Of a stretch of 64,000 nt of DNA, positions 34,923 through 43,333 are shown piece by piece. The translations under genes were made by a program, and so were the position numbers. The DNA comes from a bacterium (lineage in GTDB: Bacteria; Patescibacteriota; Saccharimonadia; Saccharimonadales; SZUA-47), in contig JAUIBF010000001.1 in the NCBI GenBank assembly GCA_030428125.1, forward strand, positions 426,383 through 490,382, read 5' to 3'. The notes beneath the pieces are model-generated. The model was not told the origin of the DNA. It saw nothing but the letters and a program-made list of their open reading frames with translations, and searched no databases. Every line of letters begins with the position of its first letter. Position 1 is the stretch's first letter.

Positions 34923-35630
34923 ATGGTAAAGAAAGTATATGTCGAGTCTATAGGCTCGGAAGTAACTGTGGCTCGTAGAAAAGGCACCAGAAACCTCAGG
35001 CTATCTATTAGAAGCGATGGCCAAATACGGTTATCTATACCGTATGGATTGCCAGAGCGACATGCTGTAAAGTTTTTAGATGATAAATCAGACTGGATTA
35101 AAAAGCATGCAAAACCTGCGATAAAACTTTCCCAAGATATGCATATTGGCAAAGCACATCGTTTACGTTTTGAACGAACAAATGACGACTTAATACGAAC
35201 AAGAATTAAGCAAAACGAAGTTATAGTTAGGGTTCCTGCAAAATACGAAATTAGTGACAACGAAGTTCAGTCAAAAGCGCTTCAAGCGAGTGAGAGGGCG
35301 CTAAAGGGTGAAGCAGAAAGACTGTTGCCACAAAGATTAGAGTTCTTGTCTGATAAATACTCAATCAAATACCAGAGCCTGAAAGTTAAAAAACTAAAAA
35401 GTCGTTGGGGTTCATGCGATAACCGAAAGAACATAATACTCAACACGTACCTTATGCAGCTTGATTGGAAGCTGATTGATTACGTCATACTTCACGAACT
35501 AACTCATACCGAACATCAACACCATCAGTCAGATTTCTGGGATTCACTTAGTAAGATATGCCCGAACTATAAGGAGCTCAGAAAAGAGCTAAAAACTCAT
35601 CCCACGAACATTTTTGGTACTAACTTTTGA
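34923..35630 (+). CDS. YgjP-like (DUF45, M48-like) metal-dependent hydrolase
   Basis: SRWGSC followed by ILHELTHTEHQHH; 235 aa. Confidence 0.8.
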   Translation: MVKKVYVESIGSEVTVARRKGTRNLRLSIRSDGQIRLSIPYGLPERHAVKFLDDKSDWIKKHAKPAIKLSQDMHIGKAHRLRFERTNDDLIRTRIKQNEVIVRVPAKYEISDNEVQSKALQASERALKGEAERLLPQRLEFLSDKYSIKYQSLKVKKLKSRWGSCDNRKNIILNTYLMQLDWKLIDYVILHELTHTEHQHHQSDFWDSLSKICPNYKELRKELKTHPTNIFGTNF

Positions 35631-35656
35631 CTTAATACCACTTCAGAAGTCATAAT
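35627..35656 (+). promoter_or_regulatory. sigma70-like promoter of the histidine kinase gene
   Basis: TTGACT (35627-35632), 18 nt, CATAAT (35651-35656). The ATG at 35664 is 7 nt downstream with no SD. Confidence 0.55.
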
Positions 35657-35663
35657 ACTGCTA

Positions 35664-36758
35664 ATGTCTAGTAAAAAAACTAATGTAAGCACTGATATTG
35701 ATCATCAGCGGCTTGAAAGCCTTATCAACTCCATGTCAGACGGAGTTATTTCTACTGACGAAAAGGCTAATATCGTTTTGTATAACGGAGCGGCTCTAAA
35801 TGTGCTGGATGTTAACTCGATACAAAAAGGCGACCCTGTAGACACAGTCCTGAAGCTTACAAATGAGCATGGTGATCCTCTGGACGTAAAACGCATAATT
35901 TTAGATGCAAAAACTCAAATTACATCTAGAGATTACAAAATAAAATACTCTGACGGAAGTGTTGTCAGTCTGTACCTTAGCATTTCTCCAGTACACCTGG
36001 GATACGGTAAAAAAGGTGAAAAAGGATTTGTATTAATTATTCGTGACATCACTCGCGAAAAATCTCTAGAAGAGGAAAGGGACGAATTTATTAGCGTCAT
36101 TAGTCATGAACTACGTACACCGATTGCAATCGCTGAAGGCGCAATAGGAAATGCTGAGTTTATACTTGAAAAGTCTGGCGACACAGAAAAGATCAAGGAA
36201 GCTCTGGCTAGCGCCCATCAGCAGGCCATTTACCTCGAGGATATGATTAACGACCTATCGACTCTATCCAGAGCAGAGCGAGGTGTTTTAGAAAATAGTG
36301 TCGAAGACATTAACGCACATCAGTTCATAGAAAGTCTGCAAGAAATGTACATCAAAGATGCCGAGAAAAAGGGGATACAATTGTATATTGATGTGGATCC
36401 AGAACTAGAACTACTACGATCGTCTAAGCTTTATGTACAGGAAATAATGCAAAATTTCATTACCAATGCTATTAAGTACACAGAAGAAGGCAGCGTAACA
36501 GTTCACGCTAAAAAGGCTAAGGATGGTGTCGAGTTTGCTGTAAGTGATACAGGTATTGGCATTAGTAAGGGTGATCAGGCCAGAGTGTTTGATAAATTCT
36601 TCCGTAGTGAAGATTTCAGAACCCGTTCGCAGAACGGAACTGGATTAGGACTGCATGTAACTCGAAAATTAGCACAAATGGCAAAAGCTCAAATTAACCT
36701 ATCTAGTGAGCTAGGTAAAGGCTCTACCTTTACCATCTATTTCCCGAACTTAAATTAG
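35664..36758 (+). CDS. Cytoplasmic PAS-domain sensor histidine kinase (orphan)
   Basis: PAS-like N-terminus, H-box ISVISHELRTPIA and a HATPase_c domain (GTGLGLHVTRKLA). There is no response regulator nearby. Confidence 0.88.
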   Translation: MSSKKTNVSTDIDHQRLESLINSMSDGVISTDEKANIVLYNGAALNVLDVNSIQKGDPVDTVLKLTNEHGDPLDVKRIILDAKTQITSRDYKIKYSDGSVVSLYLSISPVHLGYGKKGEKGFVLIIRDITREKSLEEERDEFISVISHELRTPIAIAEGAIGNAEFILEKSGDTEKIKEALASAHQQAIYLEDMINDLSTLSRAERGVLENSVEDINAHQFIESLQEMYIKDAEKKGIQLYIDVDPELELLRSSKLYVQEIMQNFITNAIKYTEEGSVTVHAKKAKDGVEFAVSDTGIGISKGDQARVFDKFFRSEDFRTRSQNGTGLGLHVTRKLAQMAKAQINLSSELGKGSTFTIYFPNLN

Positions 36759-37016
36759 CTATTTTCTGGTAGCCCAGATAGCTGTGTAGTCAAACGCACC
36801 ACACGCCAGATTGGTTACAGCTGCCTCTATTGGGCTTGATGCAGAAGCCGTAAAAGCAACATGGTTAAATGCGTTCATGCTTAGCAGCCCATATCTTCCA
36901 ATTAGTCTCGTGTTAACTCTGCTCAATATACCTGGAGCTTCTGGGGCGTTAACAGGCTCTATGGGAGCCTGAGCATCCAGGGTATTGTTTGCAGTGTTCA
37001 ACTCTGCAGTACTCAT
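36759..37016 (-). CDS. Hypothetical protein (85 aa)
   Basis: It is preceded on the minus strand by TTGACA-17-TATAAT ending 8 nt before the ATG. Its stop abuts the kinase stop. Confidence 0.5.
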   Translation of the reverse strand: MSTAELNTANNTLDAQAPIEPVNAPEAPGILSRVNTRLIGRYGLLSMNAFNHVAFTASASSPIEAAVTNLACGAFDYTAIWATRK

Positions 37017-37024
37017 AATACTAC

Positions 37025-37053
37025 ATTATATCATAGTTGTACGTTATTGTCAA
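37025..37053 (-). promoter_or_regulatory. Consensus sigma70 promoter (minus strand)
   Basis: Reverse complement reads TTGACA (37053-37048), 17 nt, TATAAT (37030-37025). Confidence 0.65.
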
Positions 37054-37146
37054 TCTACAGCTTTTACTACAACGTGTTGCGATTTTGTATTACGACTACC
37101 TATTCATGCGTCAGATAAATGAAATTATGTAAGGGGTACATTTTTA

Positions 37147-37422
37147 CTATTTGTTGTGTGTATCTAAACTAAGGTCTACGTACATTAATGATTCAGGGGT
37201 ATTATTTTGCAAGATATGTTCTATCGTGTCCTGTTGGGCATGCTTTCGTTCTATAATCATATCAATAGCTCCAACTGTAACCCCTAATAAAAAAGAACCT
37301 GCCGCGATCGGTACGTTCACCTTTTCATCATCGATGATCCAATCCATAACTTCATAAATGCAAGGCACAAAAGTGGCCTTTTCTGCTACGGACAAACTTA
37401 TTTTTGAAGCCAAACCTCTCAT
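37147..37422 (-). CDS. Hypothetical small membrane protein (91 aa)
   Basis: One central TM (PIAAGSFLLGVTVGAIDMII). It lies 39 nt downstream of the GT2 gene on the same strand. Confidence 0.5.
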   Translation of the reverse strand: MRGLASKISLSVAEKATFVPCIYEVMDWIIDDEKVNVPIAAGSFLLGVTVGAIDMIIERKHAQQDTIEHILQNNTPESLMYVDLSLDTHNK

Positions 37423-37461
37423 ATTAAACTATTATACACTTAAAGTGAGTTTTCGTCAATT

Positions 37462-38937
37462 CTACAGCTTGGGTAGAGTCTTTTCGACCTTGTACATTGG
37501 GAGACAGATGTTTCGGTCTTTCCACATAACTACACCAAACTCATATGCAAGCATTGATCTTATCAAGATAAACCATTCTTCAAAGAGAAGGAATGGCAAC
37601 GTAACTAACCCAAATAGCCAAGTTCTGTAGACAGTTATAAAGCTAATATACGTGTTAATTAATACCAAGATACTCATAGAAACAATTGATACTAGCAGTA
37701 TTCTACTATTGTCGGTAACTATTCCATTAATTATACCTACGATCGGCGTGAAAAACACTGTAACTTCTGCAACTAATAGCACTGGTACTAGTTCTATTCG
37801 GCGCTTGGCCTGTGGGTACCTAGTTCGAATAGCCGTATTGTACTGTTCTCGGGCAGGCTTAACGCTAACTATTCCTAACCTGTTACCAGACATAATGAAG
37901 CTGAATTTGGATTTCAGACGCTTCGCAAAGTGTGCTTCTGGCTGAACTGACTTACGAAAACTATCGAACTCTCCTAGCTTTTTAAGGCTAGCTGACCTAA
38001 TGGCCCAACAAGTACTTAACACAGGGGGTCTGCCCCCTAAAAACCTAGGAACGCTGAGCTCCCACCAGTACCTAAGAGGCTGTATAAAGACCGACAGCTC
38101 ACTGTTAAAACTACGTCTAGGTAGCACGCTCAACATATCACTGCCTTCCTGCATAGTATTAACTATTTGTTGAACGCTGTTTTTGGAAAACCTGACATCA
38201 ACGCCTGTAAAGATAATTATCTCTCCTTTGGCTTCGTCAAATAGTTTATTCATTGCCTGATTCTTTGCCAGCCAGTCATCGTCAGGCTCCGTCCCACTAA
38301 CAAAACGAACACCTTTATGCGCATATTCTTTAATGATGGCTGGAGTTTTGTCGTGGGAGCAATCATCCAAAACTAGTATTTCCAATTTAGAATAGTTTGA
38401 ATCAAGCATTGATTCTATACATTCTGGTAAGTCTTGTGTTTCATTCCTCGCTGGGATGCATATAGAGACAGTTGGTTGCTTCAAATCATTGGTGACCGAT
38501 AATTTCCTGGGGCGCCATTTTACAGATGAATAAATTGTGCTTAACAACAGGACTAACGAGCCTGCTAAAGATAAATATAGAATTATTTCTAAATTTATAA
38601 AGTTTATTTCAGAAACCGAAACGTAAAGTAGTGCTGAAGTAACCAACAATAAGTACAGCGATGATCGCTTGTATTTTTCTTGCAATTCTTTAGCGTTCAT
38701 TCTGCCTATCGCGATTCGTGACACGTTAAAAATACGGAAAATTGAAATAAACGCGAATACTCCATTTATAAAACTTGGGTAGTTAAAGAACAATATAGTT
38801 GTTGTGAAACTAGTAAAAACAACACTTAATAACGCAAAAAACTTGGAAGAGTCTAGATTTCGTTTAGTGATTGGTATTAAGAGTAATTCCAATAGTAAGC
38901 TCACACCAACTAATGCAACAATCATGACATAGCTCAT
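37462..38937 (-). CDS. Membrane-embedded family-2 glycosyltransferase
   Basis: N- and C-terminal TM bundles flank a GT2 core (SICIPARNE..., LVLDDCSHDKT); 491 aa. Confidence 0.82.
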   Translation of the reverse strand: MSYVMIVALVGVSLLLELLLIPITKRNLDSSKFFALLSVVFTSFTTTILFFNYPSFINGVFAFISIFRIFNVSRIAIGRMNAKELQEKYKRSSLYLLLVTSALLYVSVSEINFINLEIILYLSLAGSLVLLLSTIYSSVKWRPRKLSVTNDLKQPTVSICIPARNETQDLPECIESMLDSNYSKLEILVLDDCSHDKTPAIIKEYAHKGVRFVSGTEPDDDWLAKNQAMNKLFDEAKGEIIIFTGVDVRFSKNSVQQIVNTMQEGSDMLSVLPRRSFNSELSVFIQPLRYWWELSVPRFLGGRPPVLSTCWAIRSASLKKLGEFDSFRKSVQPEAHFAKRLKSKFSFIMSGNRLGIVSVKPAREQYNTAIRTRYPQAKRRIELVPVLLVAEVTVFFTPIVGIINGIVTDNSRILLVSIVSMSILVLINTYISFITVYRTWLFGLVTLPFLLFEEWFILIRSMLAYEFGVVMWKDRNICLPMYKVEKTLPKL

Positions 38938-38976
38938 TAATAGAACTCTACCATAAGCGTGTTCATTAGTTCTATA

Positions 38977-39006
38977 TTGACCTTATAGCTTTTCAACTGT
39001 TATAAT
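38977..39006 (+). promoter_or_regulatory. sigma70-like promoter of secE-nusG
   Basis: TTGACC (38977-38982), 18 nt, TATAAT (39001-39006). The 5' UTR contains the CTTGAG-GAAA-CTCAAG hairpin (39021-39036). Confidence 0.6.
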
Positions 39007-39061
39007 GTGCCTATTGACTGCTTGAGGAAACTCAAGCTTTTTAAATTGGGAGACATACGAA

Positions 39062-39472
39062 GTGGCAAAAAAAGAAGCCAAAGATAGCAAGAAGCCTAAA
39101 AAGGAAGAAGCTAAGAAGAAATCATCAATGCGTGAAAGCGCTGCTAAATCACGTGAGGCTGCAAACAAACCTAAACGTGTACGTAAAGCAGCAACAGCGG
39201 CTACTAAGCCCGTTGGGAAAGCAGGAAAAGTTCTAACTACTGAATACCATTTGTTTGACAATAAAAAGCAAGGGTTTTTCACGAAAAGTCGTTCATTCAC
39301 ACCGAAATACTTCAGAGAATCTGCCAAAGAGCTTAAGAATGTTACCTGGCCAGGGCGCAAAGAGACTTGGCGATTGGTATTTGCAGTGTTTGTGTTCGCC
39401 ATAGTAATGGGAACATTTATCGCTGTACTTGATTACGGACTAGAAAAAATATTAAGAGAGGTAATACTTTAA
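39062..39472 (+). CDS. secE: Preprotein translocase subunit SecE with long K-rich N-terminal extension
   Basis: GTG start. The C-terminal 60 aa are SecE-like (ELKNVTWPGRKETWRLVFAVFVFAIVMGTFIAVLD). The N-terminal roughly 70 aa are Lys/Ala-rich. Confidence 0.85.
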   Translation: MAKKEAKDSKKPKKEEAKKKSSMRESAAKSREAANKPKRVRKAATAATKPVGKAGKVLTTEYHLFDNKKQGFFTKSRSFTPKYFRESAKELKNVTWPGRKETWRLVFAVFVFAIVMGTFIAVLDYGLEKILREVIL

Positions 39473-40014
39473 TGAGCAAAAGATACGACACCAGTCGTAG
39501 CTGGTATGCAATCCACACCTACAGTGGATACGAAGAAAAAGTCGCGGAATCTATTAGACAACGTGCGGACAGCTTAGATATGAAGGACAAGATCTTTCAA
39601 GTCTTAGTCCCTAAAGAAAAAATGATCGAGATCAAAAACGGTAAGCGAAAAGTTGTTGAGAAGAAGATTTTTCAGGGTTACGTACTTGTCGAAATGAAAC
39701 TGTCGGAAGACGCTTGGTACATCGTGCGAAACACACCTTCTGTAACAGGCTTTGTTGGAACAGGAAACGATCCATCACCAGTTAGCGATGACGAGATAGA
39801 AAAAATCATGAAGCGAATGGGCAAAGAAGAACCTAAGCACAAAATCGACTTTGCTGTTGGCGAAATTGTTAATATCATCGATGGTCCATTCAAAGGATTC
39901 GATGGCTCCATCAATGAGATAGATGAAGCTAAAGGTAAGCTTAAGGTTCTAGTGAACATGTTCGGACGTGAAACTCCAGTTGAGCTAGACGGACTTCAGG
40001 TTAAGAAAACTTAA
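39472..40014 (+). CDS. nusG: Transcription termination/antitermination factor NusG
   Basis: WYAIHTYSGYEEKV NGN start and a KOW motif (GEIVNIIDGPFKGFDGSI); 180 aa. Confidence 0.95.
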   Translation: MSKRYDTSRSWYAIHTYSGYEEKVAESIRQRADSLDMKDKIFQVLVPKEKMIEIKNGKRKVVEKKIFQGYVLVEMKLSEDAWYIVRNTPSVTGFVGTGNDPSPVSDDEIEKIMKRMGKEEPKHKIDFAVGEIVNIIDGPFKGFDGSINEIDEAKGKLKVLVNMFGRETPVELDGLQVKKT

Positions 40015-40035
40015 AAATACTTATAGTTGTTAATT

Positions 40036-40066
40036 AGACATTGCAAGAAATCGGCAATGTCTTTTT
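40036..40066 (+). terminator. Intrinsic terminator after nusG
   Basis: AGACATTGC (40036-40044) pairs with GCAATGTCT (40054-40062), a perfect 9-bp stem followed by T5. Confidence 0.75.
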
Positions 40067-40069
40067 AAT

Positions 40070-40579
40070 ATGATTCAAATGGGAGAGGCGCAAACAGAAA
40101 GAGCTGTTGTTGAGAGAGATGCCGCATCACTTGTGGTTATTTTAACGTCTCTAGATCCTAATGCTGAAAACCCAGTAGCAATGTTACTAGCAAAATCTGG
40201 TTTACATGTAGGACAAGAACCTTACTCCGATTGGGTACTAGGTGATTTTGATCCTACAGCTAATGACAGTAAGGAATTGTTAAGTTTAGCAGGTGAAGCA
40301 GGAATAGTTCAGAGGAACGCCTTAAGAGGTTTAGCATATTTTGGATGTAGAGATCGTGCAAGAGTTGCGGTAATAGATGATTTGTTTGAAGAACGAGAAG
40401 CAGGTTCTGCTGCTGCGCATAAAGCACTACTGAAATATTGTGGGGTAGAAAGACCTACTTACGACAATTTAGTAGGTCGTGCTTGGCACTACAGTGCTTT
40501 GGAAGACACCATAAGAAGTAATGTTGCATATCAGTTAGCCGGAGTTGACCCTGCGAATCTACGAGACGATAGTCGCTAG
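40070..40579 (+). CDS. Hypothetical protein (169 aa ORFan) inserted between nusG and rplK
   Basis: The ORF starts 4 nt after the terminator T-run. It may contain helical repeats. I recognise no motif. Confidence 0.5.
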   Translation: MIQMGEAQTERAVVERDAASLVVILTSLDPNAENPVAMLLAKSGLHVGQEPYSDWVLGDFDPTANDSKELLSLAGEAGIVQRNALRGLAYFGCRDRARVAVIDDLFEEREAGSAAAHKALLKYCGVERPTYDNLVGRAWHYSALEDTIRSNVAYQLAGVDPANLRDDSR

Positions 40580-40674
40580 ACTAAAAGCGTTAAATGTAGT
40601 AAAATAGACAAGTTACGCACCTAAATTAGTAAAGAGAGCTTCTAACTCTTTACAAATTAGAGGAGATTACTTAA

Positions 40675-41106
40675 ATGGCAAAGCCAAAAGTAACAGCAAA
40701 TCTTAAAATGAAACTACGTGGTGGTCAGGCGTCTGCAGCACCTCCTGTTGGTAGTACTCTGGGTCAGTACGGTGTAAACATGATGGATTTCATTACACCA
40801 TTTAACGAAGAAACTAAAGACATGATGGGACAGGATATTACTGTTCATATTGCTATACACGAAGACCGTACAATGTCTTGGCGAGTCGTGGGAACACCTA
40901 CAGACGTACTTATTCTGGCTGCATTGGGTGAAAAGAAGGGTTCAGGACGACCTAATACCGAGAAGCTAACTAAAAAGCTTACAGATGCACAAGTTACCGA
41001 AATCGCTGAAAAGAAAATGGAAGATATGAATACCAACCGACTAGATTCTGTAAAGAAAATGGTGGCTGGAACTGCACGAAGCATGGGAATCGAAGTAGAG
41101 GCTTAA
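40675..41106 (+). CDS. rplK: 50S ribosomal protein L11
   Basis: KMKLRGGQASAAPPVGSTLGQYGVNMMDF is the L11 N-terminal domain signature; 143 aa. Confidence 0.96.
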   Translation: MAKPKVTANLKMKLRGGQASAAPPVGSTLGQYGVNMMDFITPFNEETKDMMGQDITVHIAIHEDRTMSWRVVGTPTDVLILAALGEKKGSGRPNTEKLTKKLTDAQVTEIAEKKMEDMNTNRLDSVKKMVAGTARSMGIEVEA

Positions 41107-41130
41107 TCTAAGGTACAAGAGGCATCTTGA

Positions 41131-41346
41131 ATGGGTGAAAAATTTTCCGGAAATTCCGAAGAAAAGCGCGAAGATAAGAAAGAAGCTGATTTTAATAAAA
41201 TCGAGCGACTTAAAGAGAACCTAATGAAGTTAGAGAAAAGTGCTATCGATAAAGTCGATGAAGGCACGCAAGCTGTAAGAGGTTCTATTCGCGCAATGGG
41301 ATTCGGAATTACTCCTCTGAATGATGATGACGAGGATGACGAATAG
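41131..41346 (+). CDS. Hypothetical 71-aa protein with ...AMGFGITPLNDDDEDDE C-terminus
   Basis: ORF between rplK and rplA, with a charged helical N-terminal part and an acidic tail. Confidence 0.5.
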   Translation: MGEKFSGNSEEKREDKKEADFNKIERLKENLMKLEKSAIDKVDEGTQAVRGSIRAMGFGITPLNDDDEDDE

Positions 41347-41410
41347 TTCGCTTGTTAAGACCCACTAATCTTGTTAAGATTTATTTGTAATTTTAAACAG
41401 GAAAATATAA

Positions 41411-41653
41411 ATGAGCGATGTAATAAATGAGGGAATGCTTGACTTGGCATTTTATGAAGATTTAGATTCTTTGGACAGGGCATATTTCGAGTACTTTGGA
41501 TTTTTAGTAGACGAAATAATCGATACTGATCCAATACCGCAAACTGTTGATGAACAAGAGCTAGTGTGGGAAGTTATCGACGAATTGATGATTGCTCGAC
41601 AGACGGAAATGGGTAACTACCATTCGGTTCAAGTTCTTGAGTCTTACAGTTAA
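41411..41653 (+). CDS. Hypothetical 80-aa highly acidic protein
   Basis: ORF between rplK and rplA, rich in D/E. SD-like CAGGAAAA upstream. Confidence 0.5.
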   Translation: MSDVINEGMLDLAFYEDLDSLDRAYFEYFGFLVDEIIDTDPIPQTVDEQELVWEVIDELMIARQTEMGNYHSVQVLESYS

Positions 41654-41665
41654 ATATTATATAAT
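41637..41665 (+). promoter_or_regulatory. sigma70-like promoter of rplA
   Basis: TTGAGT (41637-41642), 17 nt, TATAAT (41660-41665). Confidence 0.5.
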
Positions 41666-41683
41666 GCAACAACAATTAAAGTT

Positions 41684-41718
41684 GTGGGAGGCGAAGTTTA
41701 AGTAGCCGAATGCACCAC
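41684..41718 (+). promoter_or_regulatory. L1-binding 23S rRNA mimic in the rplA 5' UTR
   Basis: GUGGGAGGC-N12-GCCGAAUGCACCAC. The GUGGGAGGC, AGCCGA and ACCAC blocks match the L1-stalk H76-H78 elements as I recall them from E. coli 23S rRNA. They also match the Methanococcus L1 operator (GGAGGC...GCCGAG). The site ends 14 nt before the ATG. Confidence 0.65.
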
Positions 41719-41732
41719 GAAAGGAATAACTT

Positions 41733-42713
41733 ATGGCCAAAAAGGCTGATTTACTAGCTGAAGCTAAAAAACTAAAGCTAGAAGTAACTGAAAAAAATAC
41801 TATTGCAGATATTGAAGCAGCTATTGCTGGTGTTGCAAAAGTGCAAGAAAAAGCAGAAGAACCTGCTAAAGAAGATAAGACTGTAGCAAAAGCTGGTAAA
41901 AGAAGCGCAAAAGCTATTGCTGAAGCCGAAGAAAAGGCCGAAAAAGAAGAACGAAAAGCTAACAAGTCTGAAGAAGAAGCTAAGCCAGTAAAGCCGGCTT
42001 ATGTACAGAATACGCGTTCTAAGCTAGAACGTTCTGGTAAGAAATACAGAGAAGCAGCAAAACTAGTCGAAAAAGATACAGAATACAGCATTAAAGACGC
42101 CGTTGATTTAGCCGTTAAGACATCTTCAACTAAGTTTGATAGCACTGTAGAACTACACATTAGACTTAATGTTGATCCTAAACAAGCAGACCAAAACATT
42201 CGTGAAAACATCGTATTGCCTGCAGGTACCGGTAAAAGTGTCAAGGTTGCAGTATTCGGTGAAGCTGATGACGTTGCAGCTGCTAAAAAAGCAGGCGCCG
42301 ATATCGCGGGAGCTGATGAATTCTTGCAACAACTAGATAAAGGTGTGATTGACTTCGACGTACTTGTAGCAACCCCTGCTGTAATGGCAAAACTTGGTAA
42401 ATACGCACGCGTACTGGGGCCAAAAGGACTAATGCCTAACCCTAAGAGTGGAACTGTTACAAAAGATGTAGCTAAGGCTGTAGAACAAGCTAAAGCTGGT
42501 AAAGTTGAATACCGTGTTGACGAAACTGGAATCATTCACCTAGGCGTTGGTAAAGTCAGTTTCGGTGCAGACAAGCTATTCGAAAACGTTCAAGCAGTGT
42601 TCGCTAGCGTTAAGGGTGCTAAACCATCAAGTCTAAAAGGTAATTACGTAAACACTATTTACGTGACAACTACAATGGGCCCAAGCATCAAAGTTATAGC
42701 TTCAGAGCTTTAA
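41733..42713 (+). CDS. rplA: 50S ribosomal protein L1 with roughly 95-aa N-terminal extension
   Basis: The C-terminal roughly 230 aa are canonical L1 (FDSTVELHIRLNVDPKQADQNIR, GKYARVLGPKGLMPNPKSGTV). The N-terminus carries a Rho_N/HeH-like segment (DLLAEAKKLKLEVTEKNTIADIEAAIA) and an A/E/K-rich linker. Confidence 0.93.
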   Translation: MAKKADLLAEAKKLKLEVTEKNTIADIEAAIAGVAKVQEKAEEPAKEDKTVAKAGKRSAKAIAEAEEKAEKEERKANKSEEEAKPVKPAYVQNTRSKLERSGKKYREAAKLVEKDTEYSIKDAVDLAVKTSSTKFDSTVELHIRLNVDPKQADQNIRENIVLPAGTGKSVKVAVFGEADDVAAAKKAGADIAGADEFLQQLDKGVIDFDVLVATPAVMAKLGKYARVLGPKGLMPNPKSGTVTKDVAKAVEQAKAGKVEYRVDETGIIHLGVGKVSFGADKLFENVQAVFASVKGAKPSSLKGNYVNTIYVTTTMGPSIKVIASEL

Positions 42714-42730
42714 TTAGATAAAACGATACA

Positions 42731-42759
42731 AAAAAGACCTGAGAAATCCGGTCTTTTTT
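42731..42759 (+). terminator. Intrinsic terminator after rplA
   Basis: AAAAAGACC (42731-42739) pairs with GGTCTTTTT (42750-42758). The loop is 10 nt and the T-run is part of the stem. Confidence 0.65.
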
Positions 42760-42777
42760 GTATGTTAAGCTTTATTC

Positions 42778-43263
42778 ATGCCACATATTCACGAGCTTTA
42801 TGATTTCACGACAAGCGCATTTGTGATTCATCCTAGTGAAAAGAAGCTATTGTTACTATTTCATAAAAAACTTCAGAAATGGCTACAGCCAGGTGGTCAT
42901 GTTGAACTAAACGAAAATCCACTTCAAGCCCTACATCATGAACTGGAAGAAGAGACAGGATTGACGCCAAACGATTACGTGATTATTGAGCCGTCCGAAA
43001 GCCCAGATATCAGTGGCGGAAATATTAAACTGCCTTTGCCTTTCTATTTTAATGAACACCCAATGGGCAACATGCCATCACACAAACATATAGATATTTG
43101 CTATTTGGCAAAGTCGAATACCGTAAAACTTACAGACAACCCAGACGGAGCTACAGCCATTAGCTGGTTTGACGAGAAGGAAATCACTCAACTGTATGAA
43201 AAAGGCGAAATGTTTAAAGACACTTTAGAGATCTGCCAGTGGATATTCGAAAAGCATTTGTAA
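42778..43263 (+). CDS. Nudix hydrolase
   Basis: Nudix box GGHVELNENPLQALHHELEEETGL; 161 aa. Confidence 0.85.
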   Translation: MPHIHELYDFTTSAFVIHPSEKKLLLLFHKKLQKWLQPGGHVELNENPLQALHHELEEETGLTPNDYVIIEPSESPDISGGNIKLPLPFYFNEHPMGNMPSHKHIDICYLAKSNTVKLTDNPDGATAISWFDEKEITQLYEKGEMFKDTLEICQWIFEKHL

Positions 43264-43333
43264 AAACTACGTCGTTTTTTATTGTGCTTATGGTTGTTTG
43301 GTCGCCCTAAGCAGACTAAACTATTAACTAGTT

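Noticed and set aside
39021-39042. CTTGAG-GAAA-CTCAAG hairpin followed by CTTTTT in the secE 5' UTR, considered as an attenuator.
   Set aside because: The stem is only 6 bp, a C interrupts the U-tract, and I found no competing structure. It is noted under the promoter feature and is not called a terminator.
41351-41379. 10-nt direct repeat CTTGTTAAGA at 41351-41360 and 41370-41379 upstream of the 80-aa acidic ORF, considered as a possible operator.
   Set aside because: It is more simply read as a promoter. Copy 1 supplies TTGTTA (-35), and copy 2 supplies TAAGAT (-10) exactly 17 nt later. No inverted symmetry is present.
41657-42535. Minus-strand ORFs of 102 aa (41657-41965) and 178 aa (41999-42535) antisense to rplA. 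Analogous ORFs lie antisense to secE (38983-39402), thyX (46156-46584), typA (24279-24737), the CDF gene (33620-34048), the CDP-alcohol transferase gene (52376-52741), cysS (60138-60560), the AI-2E gene (61192-61707) and a GT4 gene (61790-62173).
   Set aside because: These are shadow ORFs opposite recognisable genes. They have alanine/serine-rich nonsense composition and no independent signals.
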